Origin: the human T2T-CHM13v2.0 reference genome, Homo sapiens
Length of the DNA: 64,000 bases
Assembly: GCF_009914755.1 (NCBI RefSeq)
Contig: NC_060948.1
Reading direction: 5' to 3' (one strand)
Shown here: piece after piece, positions 14,670 to 28,963 of the stretch
Layout: every line of letters starts with the position of its first letter
How positions within the stretch are numbered: the stretch's first letter is position 1
Notes under the pieces: model-generated
Told to the model about the DNA's origin: nothing
The model's database searches: none
What the model saw: only the letters and a program-made list of their open reading frames with translations
Program-made: the position numbers and the translations under genes

Positions 14670-17600
14670 GAATTCATTGGAATGGAAGGGAATGTAGTGT
14701 AATGGACAGGCCTGGAATAAAGTGGAATGCTACGGTCTCGAATGGAATAAAAATGTATGGAATGGAATGCAATGAAACGGAATCGAATGTCATAGAATGT
14801 AATGGAATGCAAAAAAATGGAATCCAAAATCATTGACTGGAAAGGCTGGGTGTCGAAAGGAATTGACTCCAATGGTATGGAATCGAATGGAATGGAAGTG
14901 AATAGAATCGAACTAAATCGAATGGAATGGAATTGATAGGAACGGAATGGAAAGGAATGCAATGAATTGGCATGGAATGGAATCGAATGGCATCGAATGG
15001 AATGGAATGGAATGCAATGGAATGGAATGTATTAGAATGTAATGAACTTTAATGGAATGTACTCGAATGGATTCGACTGGAATGGAATGTTCTGGAAGTG
15101 AATGGACTCCAATGGAATGGATTCAAAAGGAATGGAATCGTACGGAATGGAATCTAATGGAATGGAATTAAATGGAAATGAATCAAATTGAATAGCACGG
15201 AATTGAATTGAATGGAATGGAATGCAATGGAATCTAATGAAACGGAAAGGAAAGGAATGGAATGGAATGGAATGGGCTGGAATGGAAAGGAATCGAAACG
15301 AATGGAATGGAATCGAACTGAAGAGACTGGAATGGAATGCACTGGAATGGAAGGGAGTGTAATGGAAGGTTCTCGAAAAAAATGGAATCGAATGGAATGG
15401 AATTGAATGGAACGGAATAGAGTCGAATGGAATTGAATGGAATGGAATGGACTAGAGTGAAATGGAATCGAACCACAAGGAATGGACAGGAATAGAATGG
15501 TCTCGAATTGAATGGAATCGTATGGAATGGCATCAAACGGAATGGAATGGACAGCCACGGAATGGAATGCACTCGAATGCAATGGAGTCGAAACGTCGAA
15601 ACTAATGGACTGGAATAGAATGGACTCGACTGGTACGGACTCCAATGGAATGGAATCGAATGGAAGGGAATCGAACGGAATGGACTCGAAGGGAAAAGAC
15701 TGCAATGGAAAGGTCTCGAATGGAATGGAAATTAATGGAATGGAATGGAATCGAATGAAATGGAGTCAAAAGGAATGGAATCGAATGGCAAGAAATCGAA
15801 TGTAATGGAATCGCAAGGAATTGATGTGAACGGAACGGAATGGAATGGAATCCAAAGGAATGGAATAGAATGGAATGGAATCGAATGGAAAGGACTCGAA
15901 TGGAAATCACTCGAATAGAATGCAATTTAATAAAATAGGATCAAATGTAATGGAATGGAATGGAAAGGAATCGAAACGAAAGGAATGGAGACAGATGGAA
16001 TGGAATGGAACAGAGAGCAATGGTATAGAATGGAATGGAATCATCTGGAATGGAATTGAATGGAATGGAATAATATGAAATGGAATGGAATGGAATGGAA
16101 TGGAATGTCCTTGAATTAAATGGACTGGAATGGAATGGACTCGAACAGAGTGGAATGGAAAGTGTTGAGATAGAATGCAATGGACTCCTTTGGAATGGTG
16201 TAGTATGCAATGCAATCGACTGGCAGGGAATCAAAAGGAATGTAATGGAATGGATTGGACTGGAATGCAATGGACTCGAATAGATTGGAAACGGAATGCA
16301 AAGGAATGGAATGGAATAGTATGGAATGGAATGGAAAGGAATGGAGTGGAATAGACTAGAGTGGAATGGAATGGACTGGAAAGCAATGGACTGGAATGGA
16401 ACTTTCTTGAATGGACTGGAATCAAACGGAATGGAATGCAATGCAATCAAATGGCATGGAATAAAATAGAATGAAAGAGAATCAAATGGAATTGAATCGA
16501 ATGGAATCGAATGGATTGGAAAGGAATAGAATGGAATGGAATGGAATTGACTCAAATGGAATGGACTAGAATGGAATGGATTCGAATGGAAGGCAAAGGA
16601 ATGGAATCTATTGGAATGGACTGTAATGGAATGGAATGGAAGGGATTGGAATGGACTCGAATGGAATGGACTGCAATAGAAAGGATTCGAATGGAATGAA
16701 AAAGAATTGAATGGAATAGAACAGAATGGAATCAAATCGAATGAAATGGAATGGAATAGAAAGGAATGGAATGAAATGGAATGGAAAGGATTCGAATGGA
16801 ATGCAATCGAATGGAATGGAATCGAACGGAATGGAATAAAATGGAAGAAAACTGGCAAGAAATGGAATCGAAATGAATGGAGTGTTATGGAACGGACTCA
16901 AAAGGAATTGAATGTAATAGAATGGAGTGGAGTGGACTCGAATATAATGGACTGGAATGGAATGAAATCACAAGGAATGGGAACGAATGGAATGGAATGG
17001 AAAGGAATGGAATCGAATGGAAAGGAATCGAATGGAAGGGAATGAAATTGAATCAACAGGAATGGAAGGGAATAGAATAGACGGTAATGGAATGGACTCG
17101 AATAGAATGGACACGAATGCTCAAATTGAATGGACTCGAATGGAATGGAAACGAAAGGAATGTCATCGAATGGAATTGAATGGATTGGAATGAAATCGCA
17201 TAGAATGGAGTGGAATCAAATGGAATTGAATCGAAAGGAAAGGAAGCGAATGGACTGAAATGAAATGGAATGGAATTGAATGGAAAGTAATGCAATGGAA
17301 TAGAATGGAACGAAATTTCACGGAATGGAATCAAACTGAATGGAATCAAATCAATGGAATCAAATCAAATGGAATGGAAAGGAATTGAATGGAGTAGATT
17401 GGATTGGATGGGATTGGAATGAAATGTACTGGAAAGGACTCGAATTTCATGAAACGGAATGGAATGAATTGGAACGGAATGGACTCGAATGGAATGGAAT
17501 GTCATGGAATGGCATCAAATGGAATGGCATCAAATGGAATGGAATCGAATGCAATGGAATGCTATGGAATGGAATGGAATGCATTGGAATGGAATGTCCT

Positions 17601-18246
17601 CTAATGGAATGGATTCGAGTGGAATGGAATCGAATATAATGGAGTCGAATGAAATGGAATTGAAAGGAGTGGGATCGAATACAATGGAATATACTGGAAT
17701 GTAATGTAATGAACTCGAATGTAATTGACTGGAATGGAATGTACATGAATGGAATGTAATCGAATGGAAAGTAATCCAATGGAATAGAATCTAATGCAAT
17801 AAAACCGACTCAGATAGAGTAGAATGTAATGGAATGGAGTGCAGTGCAATGGAATGGAATGGAATGGAATGCAATGGAATGGAATGGAATGGAATGGAAT
17901 GGAATGGAATGGAATGGAATGGGATGGAATGGGATGGAATGGATAGTAATGGACTGGAGTGAAATGGACTGGAAAGGAATGGACTCAAATTGAAAGGGCT
18001 CGAAAGGAATGGAGTCAAATGGAATGGTCTGGAATGGAATGAACACGAATGTAATGCAATCCAATAGAATGGAATCGAATGGCATGGAATATAAAGAAAT
18101 GGAATCGAAGAGAATGGAAACAAATGGAATGGAATTGAATGGAATGGAATTGAATGGAATGGGAACGAATGGAGTGAAATTGTATGCAGTAGAAGGGAAT
18201 AGAATGGAATGCAAGCGAAAGGAAAGGAATGGATTGGAATGGAATG
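14670..18246 (+). repeat. DYZ1 monomer 5 (3577 bp; 8-bp duplication)
   Basis: GAATTC at 14670 and 18247. Confidence 0.9.
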
Positions 18247-21200
18247 GAATTCATTGGAATGGAAGGGAATGTAGTGTAATGGACAGGCCTGGAATAAAGT
18301 GGAATGCTACGGTCTCGAATGGAATAAAAATGTATGGAATGGAATGCAATGAAACGGAATCGAATGTCATAGAATGTAATGGAATGCAAAAAAATGGAAT
18401 CCAAAATCATTGACTGGAAAGGCTGGGTGTCGAAAGGAATTGACTCCAATGGAATGGAATCGAATGGAATGGAAGTGAATAGAATCGAACTAAATCGAAT
18501 GGAATGGAATTGATAGGAACGGAATGGAAAGGAATGCAATGATTTGGCATGGAATGGAATCGAATGGCATCGAATGGAATGGAATGGAATGCAATGGAAT
18601 GGAATGTATTAGAATGTAATGAACTTTAATGGAATGTACTCGAATGGATTCGACTGGAATGGAATGTTCTGGAAGTGAATGGACTCCAATGGAATGGATT
18701 CAAAAGGAATGGAATCGTACGGAATGGAATCTAATGGAATGGAATTAAATGGAAATGAATCAAATTGAATAGCACGGAATTGAATTGAATGGAATGGAAT
18801 GCAATGGAATCTAATGAAACGGAAAGGAAAGGAATGGAATGGAATGGAATGGGCTGGAATGGAAAGGAATCGAAACGAATGGAATGGAATCGAACTGAAG
18901 AGACTGGAATGGAATGCACTGGAATGGAAGGGAGTGTAATGGAAGGTTCTCGAAAAAAATGGAATCGAATGGAATGGAATTGAATGGAACGGAATAGAGT
19001 CGAATGGAATTGAATGGAATGGAATGGACTAGAGTGAAATGGAATCGAACCACAAGGAATGGACAGGAATAGAATGGTCTCGAATTGAATGGAATCGTAT
19101 GGAATGGCATCAAACGGAATGGAATGGACAGCCACGGAATGGAATGCACTCGAATGCAATGGAGTCGAAACTAATGGACTGGAATAGAATGGACTCGACT
19201 GGTACGGACTCCAATGGAATGGAATCGAATGGAAGGGAATCGAACGGAATGGACTCGAAGGGAAAAGACTGCAATGGAAAGGTCTCGAATGGAATGGAAA
19301 TTAATGGAATGGAATGGAATCGAATGAAATGGAGTCAAAAGGAATGGAATCGAATGGCAAGAAATCGAATGTAATGGAATCGCAAGGAATTGATGTGAAC
19401 GGAACGGAATGGAATGGAATCCAAAGGAATGGAATAGAATGGAATGGAATCGAATGGAAAGGACTCGAATGGAAATCACTCGAATAGAATGCAATTTAAT
19501 AAAATAGGATCAAATGTAATGGAATGGAATGGAAAGGAATCGAAACGAAAGGAATGGAGACAGATGGAATGGAATGGAACAGAGAGCAATGGTATAGAAT
19601 GGAATGGAATCATCTGGAATGGAATTGAATGGAATGGAATAATATGAAATGGAATGGAATGGAATGGAATGGAATGGAATGGAATGGAATGGAATGCCCT
19701 TGAATTAAATGGACTGGAATAGAATGGACTCGAACAGAGTGGAATGGAAAGTGTTGAGATAGAATGCAATGGACTCCTTCGGAATGGTCTAGTATGCAAT
19801 GCAATCGACTGGCAGGGAATCAAAAGGAATGTAATCGAATGGATTGGACTGGAATGCAGTGGACTCGAATAGATTGGAAACGGAATGCAAAGGAATGGAA
19901 TGGAATAGTATGGAATGGAATGGAAAGGAATGGAGTGGAATAGACTAGAGTGGAATGGAATGGACTGGAAAGCAATGGACTGGAATGGAACTTTCTTGAA
20001 TGGACTGGAATCAAATGGAATGGAATGCAATGCAATCAAATGGCATGGAATAAAATAGAATGAAAGAGAATCAAATGGAATTGAATCGAATGGAATCGAA
20101 TGGATTGGAAAGGAATAGAATGGAATGGAATGGAATTGACTCAAATAGAATGGACTAGAATGGAATGGATTCGAATGGAAGGCAAAGGAATGGAATCTAT
20201 TGGAATCGACTGTAATGGAATGGAATGGAAGGGATTGGAATGGACTCGAATGGAATGGACTGCAATAGAAAGGATTCGAATGGAATGAAAAAGAATTGAA
20301 CGGAATAGAACAGAATGGAATCAAATCGAATGAAATGGAATGGAATAGAAAGGAATGGAATGAAATGGAATGGAAAGGATTCGAATGGAATGCAATCGAA
20401 TGGAATGGAATCGAACGGAATGGAATAAAATGGAAGAAAACTGGCAAGAAATGGAATAGAAATGAATGGAGTGTTATGGAACGGACTCAAAAGGAATTGA
20501 ATGTAATAGAATGGAGTGGAGTGGACTCGAATATAATGGACTGGAATGGAATGAAATCACATGGAATGGGAACGAATGGAATGGAATGGAAAGGAATGGA
20601 ATCGAATGGAAAGGAATCGAATGGAAGGGAATGAAATTGAATCAACAGGAATGGAATGGAATAGAATAGACGGTAATGGAATGGACTCGAATAGAATGGA
20701 CACGAATGCTGAAATTGAATGGACTCGAATGGAATGGAAACGAAAGGAATGTCATCGAATGGAATTGAATCGATTGGAATGAAATCGCATAGAATGGAGT
20801 GGAATCAAATGGAATTGAATCGAAAGGAAAGGAAGCGAATGGACTGAAATGAAATGGAATGGAATTGAATGGAAAGTAATGCAATGGAATAGAATGGAAC
20901 GAAATTTCACGGAATGGAATCAAACTGAATGGAATCAAATCAATGGAATCAAATCAAATGGAATGGAAAGGAATTGAATGGAGTAGATTGGATTGGATGG
21001 GATTGGAATGAAATGTACTGGAAAGGACTCGAATTTCATGAAACGGAATAGAATGAATTGGAACGGAATGGACTCGAATGGAATGGAATGTCATGGAATG
21101 GCATCAAATGGAATGGCATCAAATGGAATGGAATCGAATGCAATGGAATGCTATGGAATGGAATGGAATGCATTGGAATGGAATGTCCTCTAATGGAATG

Positions 21201-21835
21201 GATTCGAGTGGAATGGAATCGAATATAATGGAGTCGAATGAAATGGAATTGAAAGGAGTGGGATCGAATACAATGGAATATACTGGAATGTAATGTAATG
21301 AACTCGAATGTAATTGACTGGAATGGAATGTACATGAATGGAATGTAATCGAATGGAAAGTAATCCAATGGAATAGAATCTAATGCAATAAAACCGACTC
21401 AGATAGAGTAGAATGTAATGGAATGGAGTGCAGTGCAATGGAATGGAATGGAATGGAATGCAATGGAATGGAATGGAATGGAATGGAATGGAATGGAATG
21501 GAATGGAATGGGATGGAATGGGATGGAATGGATAGTAATGGACTGGAGTGAAATGGACTGGAAAGGAATGGACTCAAATTGAAAGGGCTCGAAAGGAATG
21601 GAGTCAAATGGAATGGTCTGGAATGGAATGAACACGAATGTAATGCAATCCAATAGAATGGAATCGAATGGCATGGAATATAAAGAAATGGAATCGAAGA
21701 GAATGGAAACAAATGGAATGGAATTGAATGGAATGGAATTGAATGGAATGGGAACGAATGGAGTGAAATTGTATGCAGTAGAAGGGAATAGAATGGAATG
21801 CAAGCGAAAGGAAAGGAATGGATTGGAATGGAATG
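18247..21835 (+). repeat. DYZ1 monomer 6 (3589 bp)
   Basis: GAATTC at 18247 and 21836. Confidence 0.9.
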
Positions 21836-24800
21836 GAATTCATTGGAATGGAAGGGAATGTAGTGTAATGGACAGGCCTGGAATAAAGTGGAATGCTACG
21901 GTCTCGAATGGAATAAAAATGTATGGAATGGAATGCAATGAAACGGAATCGAATGTCATAGAATGTAATGGAATGCAAAAAAATGGAATCCAAAATCATT
22001 GACTGGAAAGGCTGGGTGTCGAAAGGAATTGACTCCAATGGAATGGAATCGAATGGAATGGAAGTGAATAGAATCGAACTAAATCGAATGGAATGGAATT
22101 GATAGGAACGGAATGGAAAGGAATGCAATGATTTGGCATGGAATGGAATCGAATGGCATCGAATGGAATGGAATGGAATGCAATGGAATGGAATGTATTA
22201 GAATGTAATGAACTTTAATGGAATGTACTCGAATGGATTCGACTGGAATGGAATGTTCTGGAAGTGAATGGACTCCAATGGAATGGATTCAAAAGGAATG
22301 GAATCGTACGGAATGGAATCTAATGGAATGGAATTAAATGGAAATGAATCAAATTGAATAGCACGGAATTGAATTGAATGGAATGGAATGCAATGGAATC
22401 TAATGAAACGGAAAGGAAAGGAATGGAATGGAATGGAATGGGCTGGAATGGAAAGGAATCGAAACGAATGGAATGGAATCGAACTGAAGAGACTGGAATG
22501 GAATGCACTGGAATGGAAGGGAGTGTAATGGAAGGTTCTCGAAAAAAATGGAATCGAATGGAATGGAATTGAATGGAACGGAATAGAGTCGAATGGAATT
22601 GAATGGAATGGAATGGACTAGAGTGAAATGGAATCGAACCACAAGGAACGGACAGGAATAGAATGGTCTCGAATTGAATGGAATCGTATGGAATGGCATC
22701 AAACGGAATGGAATGGACAGCCACGGAATGGAATGCACTCGAATGCAATGGAGTCGAAACTAATGGACTGGAATAGAATGGACTCGACTGGTACGGACTC
22801 CAATGGAATGGAATCGAATGGAAGGGAATCGAACGGAATGGACTCGAAGGGAAAAGACTGCAATGGAAAGGTCTCGAATGGAATGGAAATTAATGGAATG
22901 GAATGGAATCGAATGAAAAGGAGTCAAAAGGAATGGAATCGAATGGCAAGAAATCGAATGTAATGGAATCGCAAGGAATTGATGTGAACGGAACGGAATG
23001 GAATGGAATCCAAAGGAATGGAATAGAATGGAATGGAATCGAATGGAAAGGACTCGAATGGAAATCACTCGAATAGAATGCAATTTAATAAAATAGGATC
23101 AAATGTAATGGAATGGAATGGAAAGGAATCGAAACGAAAGGAATGGAGACAGATGGAATGGAATGGAACAGAGAGCAATGGTATAGAATGGAATGGAATC
23201 ATCTGGAATGGAATTGAATGGAATGGAATAATATGAAATGGAATGGAATGGAATGGAATGGAATGGAATGGAATGGAATGGAATGCCCTTGAATTAAATG
23301 GACTGGAATAGAATGGACTCGAACAGAGTGGAATGGAAAGTGTTGAGATAGAATGCAATGGACTCCTTCGGAATGGTCTAGTATGCAATGCAATCGACTG
23401 GCAGGGAATCAAAAGGAATGTAATCGAATGGATTGGACTGGAATGCAGTGGACTCGAATAGATTGGAAACGGAATGCAAAGGAATGGAATGGAATAGTAT
23501 GGAATGGAATGGAAAGGAATGGAGTGGAATAGACTAGAGTGGAATGGAATGGACTGGAAAGCAATGGACTGGAATGGAACTTTCTTGAATGGACTGGAAT
23601 CAAACGGAATGGAATGCAATGCAATCAAATGGCATGGAATAAAATAGAATGAAAGAGAATCAAATGGAATTGAATCGAATGGAATCGAATGGATTGGAAA
23701 GGAATAGAATGGAATGGAATGGAATTGACTCAAATAGAATGGACTAGAATGGAATGGATTCGAATGGAAGGCAAAGGAATGGAATCTATTGGAATGGACT
23801 GTAATGGAATGGAATGGAAGGGATTGGAATGGACTCGAATGGAATGGACTGCAATAGAAAGGATTCGAATGGAATGAAAAAGAATTGAACGGAATAGAAC
23901 AGAATGGAATCAAATCGAATGAAATGGAATGGAATAGAAAGGAATGGAATGAAATGGAATGGAAAGGATTCGAATGGAATGCAATCGAATGGAATGGAAT
24001 CGAACGGAATGGAATAAAATGGAAGAAAACTGGCAAGAAATGGAATAGAAATGAATGGAGTGTTATGGAACGGACTCAAAAGGAATTGAATGTAATAGAA
24101 TGGAGTGGAGTGGACTCGAATATAATGGACTGGAATGGAATGAAATCACATGGAATGGGAACGAATGGAATGGAATGGAAAGGAATGGAATCGAATGGAA
24201 AGGAATCGAATGGAAGGGAATGAAATTGAATCAACAGGAATGGAATGGAATAGAATAGACGGTAATGGAATGGACTCGAATAGAATGGACACGAATGCTG
24301 AAATTGAATGGACTCGAATGGAATGGAAACGAAAGGAATGTCATCGAATGGAATTGAATCGATTGGAATGAAATCGCATAGAATGGAGTGGAATCAAATG
24401 GAATTGAATCGAAAGGAAAGGAAGCGAATGGACTGAAATGAAATGGAATGGAATTGAATGGAAAGTAATGCAATGGAATAGAATGGAACGAAATTTCACG
24501 GAATGGAATCAAACTGAATGGAATCAAATCAATGGAATCAAATCAAATGGAATGGAAAGGAATTGAATGGAGTAGATTGGATTGGATGGGATTGGAATGA
24601 AATGTACTGGAAACGACTCGAATTTCATGAAACGGAATGGAATGAATTGGAACGGAATGGACTCGAATGGAATGGAATGTCATGGAATGGCATCAAATGG
24701 AATGGCATCAAATGGAATGGAATCGAATGCAATGGAATGCTATGGAATGGAATGGAATGCATTGGAATGGAATGTCCTCTAATGGAATGGATTCGAGTGG

Positions 24801-25434
24801 AATGGAATCGAATATAATGGAGTCGAATGAAATGGAATTGAAAGGAGTGGGATCGAATACAATGGAATATACTGGAATGTAATGTAATGAACTCGAATGT
24901 AATTGACTGGAATGGAATGTACATGAATGGAATGTAATCGAATGGAAAGTAATCCAATGGAATAGAATCTAATGCAATAAAACCGACTCAGATAGAGTAG
25001 AATGTAATGGAATGGAGTGCAGTGCAATGGAATGGAATGGAATGGAATGCAATGGAATGGAATGGAATGGAATGGAATGGAATGGAATGGAATGGAATGG
25101 AATGGAATGGGATGGAATGGGATGGAATGGATAGTAATGGACTGGAGTGAAATGGACTGGAAAGGAATGGACTCAAATTGAAAGGGCTCGAAAGGAATGG
25201 AGTCAAATGGAATGGTCTGGAATGGAATGAACACGAATGTAATGCAATCCAATAGAATGGAATCGAATGGCATGGAATATAAAGAAATGGAATCGAAGAG
25301 AATGGAAACAAATGGAATGGAATTGAATGGAATGGAATTGAATGGAATGGGAACGAATGGAGTGAAATTGTATGCAGTAGAAGGGAATAGAATGGAATGC
25401 AAGCGAAAGGAAAGGAATGGATTGGAATGGAATG
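21836..25434 (+). repeat. DYZ1 monomer 7 (3599 bp)
   Basis: GAATTC at 21836 and 25435. Confidence 0.9.
25051..25110 (+). repeat. Perfect (AATGG)12 tract, the longest copy I counted of a length-variable tract present in each full monomer
   Basis: Direct count; homologous tracts at 86-140 (11 copies), 28620-28639 (4) and 48486-48540 (11). Confidence 0.85.
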
Positions 25435-28400
25435 GAATTCATTGGAATGGAAGGGAATGTAGTGTAATGGACAGGCCTGGAATAAAGTGGAATGCTACGG
25501 TCTCGAATGGAATAAAAATGTATGGAATGGAATGCAATGAAACGGAATCGAATGTCATAGAATGTAATGGAATGCAAAAAAATGGAATCCAAAATCATTG
25601 ACTGGAAAGGCTGGGTGTCGAAAGGAATTGACTCCAATGGTATGGAATCGAATGGAATGGAAGTGAATAGAATCGAACTAAATCGAATGGAATGGAATTG
25701 ATAGGAACGGAATGGAAAGGAATGCAATGAATTGGCATGGAATGGAATCGAATGGCATCGAATGGAATGGAATGGAATGCAATGGAATGGAATGTATTAG
25801 AATGTAATGAACTTTAATGGAATGTACTCGAATGGATTCGACTGGAATGGAATGTTCTGGAAGTGAATGGACTCCAATGGAATGGATTCCAAAGGAATGG
25901 AATCGTACGGAATGGAATCTAATGGAATGGAATTAAATGGAAATGAATCAAATTGAATAGCACGGAATTGAATTGAATGGAATGGAATGCAATGGAATCT
26001 AATGAAACGGAAAGGAAAGGAATGGAATGGAATGGAATGGGCTGGAATGGAAAGGAATCGAAACGAATGGAATGGAATCGAACTGAAGAGACTGGAATGG
26101 AATGCACTGGAATGGAAGGGAGTGTAATGGAAGGTTCTCGAAAAAAATGGAATCGAATGGAATGGAATTGAATGGAACGGAATAGAGTCGAATGGAATTG
26201 AATGGAATGGAATGGACTAGAGTGAAATGGAATCGAACCACAAGGAATGGACAGGAATAGAATGGTCTCGAATTGAAAGGAATCGTATGGAATGGCATCA
26301 AACGGAATGGAATGGACAGCCACGGAATGGAATGCACTCGAATGCAATGGAGTCGAAACTAATGGACTGGAATAGAATGGACTCGAATGGTACGGACTCC
26401 AATGGAATGGAATCGAATGGAAGGGAATCGAACGGAATGGACTCGAAGGGAAAAGACTGCAATGGAAAGGTCTCGAATGGAATGGAAATTAATGGAATGG
26501 AATGGAATCGAATGAAAAGGAGTCAAAAGGAATGGAATCGAATGGCAAGAAATCGAATGTAATGGAATCGCAAGGAATTGATGTGAACGGAACGGAATGG
26601 AATGGAATCCAAAGGAATGGAATAGAATGGAATGGAATCGAATGGAAAGGACTCGAATGGAAATCACTCGAATAGAATGCAATTTAATAAAATAGGATCA
26701 AATGTAATGGAATGGAATGGAAAGGAATCGAAACGAAAGGAATGGAGACAGATGGAATGGAATGGAACAGAGAGCAATGGTATAGAATGGAATGGAATCA
26801 TCTGGAATGGAATTGAATGGAATGGAATAATATGAAATGGAATGGAATGGAATGGAATGGAATGCCCTTGAATTAAATGGACTGGAATGGAATGGACTCG
26901 AACAGAGTGGAATGGAAAGTGTTGAGATAGAATGGAATGGACTCCTTTGGAATGGTGTAGTATGCAATGCAATCGACTGGCAGGGAATCAAAAGGAATGT
27001 AATGGAATGGATTGGACTGGAATGCAATGGACTCGAATAGATTGGAAACGGAATGCAAAGGAATGGAATGGAATAGTATGGAATGGAATGGAAAGGAATG
27101 GAGTGGAATAGACTAGAGTGGAATGGAATGGACTGGAAAGCCATGGACTGGAATGGAACTTTCTTGAATGGACTGGAATCAAACGGAATGGAATGCAATG
27201 CAATCAAATGGCATGGAATAAAATAGAATGAAAGAGAATCAAATGGAATTGAATCGAATGGAATCGAATGGATTGGAAAGGAATAGAATGGAATGGAATG
27301 GAATGGACTAGAATGGAATGGATTCGAATGGAAGGCAAAGGAATGGAATCTATTGGAATGGACTGTAATGGAATGGAATGGAAGGGATTGGAATGGACTC
27401 GAATGGAATGGACTGCAATAGAAAGGATTCGAATGGAATGAAAAAGAATTGAATGGAATAGAACAGAATGGAATCAAATCGAATGAAATGGAATGGAATA
27501 GAAAGGAATGGAATGAAATGGAATGGAAAGGATTCGAATGGAATGCAATCGAATGGAATGGAATCGAACGGAATGGAATAAAATGGAAGAAAACTGGCAA
27601 GAAATGGAATCGAAATGAATGGAGTGTTATGGAACGGACTCAAAAGGAATTGAATGTAATAGAATGGAGTGTAGTGGATTCGAATATAATGGACTGGAAT
27701 GGAATGAAATCACATGGAATGGGAACGAATGGAATGGAATGGAAAGGAATGGAATCGAATGGAAAGGAATCGAATGGAAGGGAATGAAATTGAATCAACA
27801 GGAATGGAAGGGAATAGAATAGACGGTAATGGAATGGACTCGAATAGAATGGACACGAATGCTCAAATTGAATGGACTCGAGTGGAATGGAAACGAAAGG
27901 AATGTCATCGAATGGAATTGAATCGATTGGAATGAAATCGCATAGAATGGAGTGGAATCAAATGGAATTGAATCGAAAGGAAAGGAAGCGAATGGACTGA
28001 AATGAAATGGAATGGAATTGAATGGAAAGTAATGCAATGGAATAGAATGGAACGAAATTTCACGGAATGGAATCAAACTGAATGGAATCAAATCAATGGA
28101 ATCAAATCAAATGGAATGGAAAGGAATTGAATGGAGTAGACTGGATTGGATGGGATTGGAATGAAATGTACTGGAAAGGACTCGAATTTCATGAAACGGA
28201 ATGGAATGAATTGGAACGGAATGGACTCGAATGGAATGGAATGTCATGGAATGGCATCAAATGGAATGGCATCAAATGGAATGGAATCGAATGCAATGGA
28301 ATGCTATGGAATGGAATGGAATGCATTGGAATGGAATGTCCTCTAATGGAATGGATTCGAGTGGAATGGAATCGAATATAATGGAGTCGAATGAAATGTA

Positions 28401-28963
28401 ATTGAAAGGAATGGGATCGAATACAATGGAATATACTGGAATGTAATGTAATGAACTCGAATGTAATTGACTGGAATGGAATGTACATGAATGGAATGTA
28501 ATCGAATGGAAAGTAATCCAATGGAATAGAATCTAATGCAATAAAATCGACTCAGATAGAGTAGAATGTAATGGAATGGAGTGCAGTGCAATGGAATGGA
28601 ATGGAATGGAATGCAATTGAATGGAATGGAATGGAATGGGATGGAATGGTATGGAATGGATAGTAATGGACTGGAGTGAAATGGACTGGAAAGGAATGGA
28701 CTCAAATTGAAAGGGCTCGAAAGGAATGGAGTCAAATGGAATGGTCTGGAATGGAATGAACACGAATGTAATGCAATCCAATAGAATGGAATCGAATGGC
28801 ATGGAATATAAAGAAATGGAATCGAAGAGAATGGAAACAAATGGAATGGAATTGAATGGAATGGAATTGAATGGAATGCGAACGAATGGAGTGAAATTGT
28901 ATGCAGTAGAAGGGAATAGAATGGAATGCAAGCGAAAGGAAAGGAATGGATTGGAATGGAATG
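25435..28963 (+). repeat. DYZ1 monomer 8 (3529 bp)
   Basis: GAATTC at 25435 and 28964. Confidence 0.9.
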
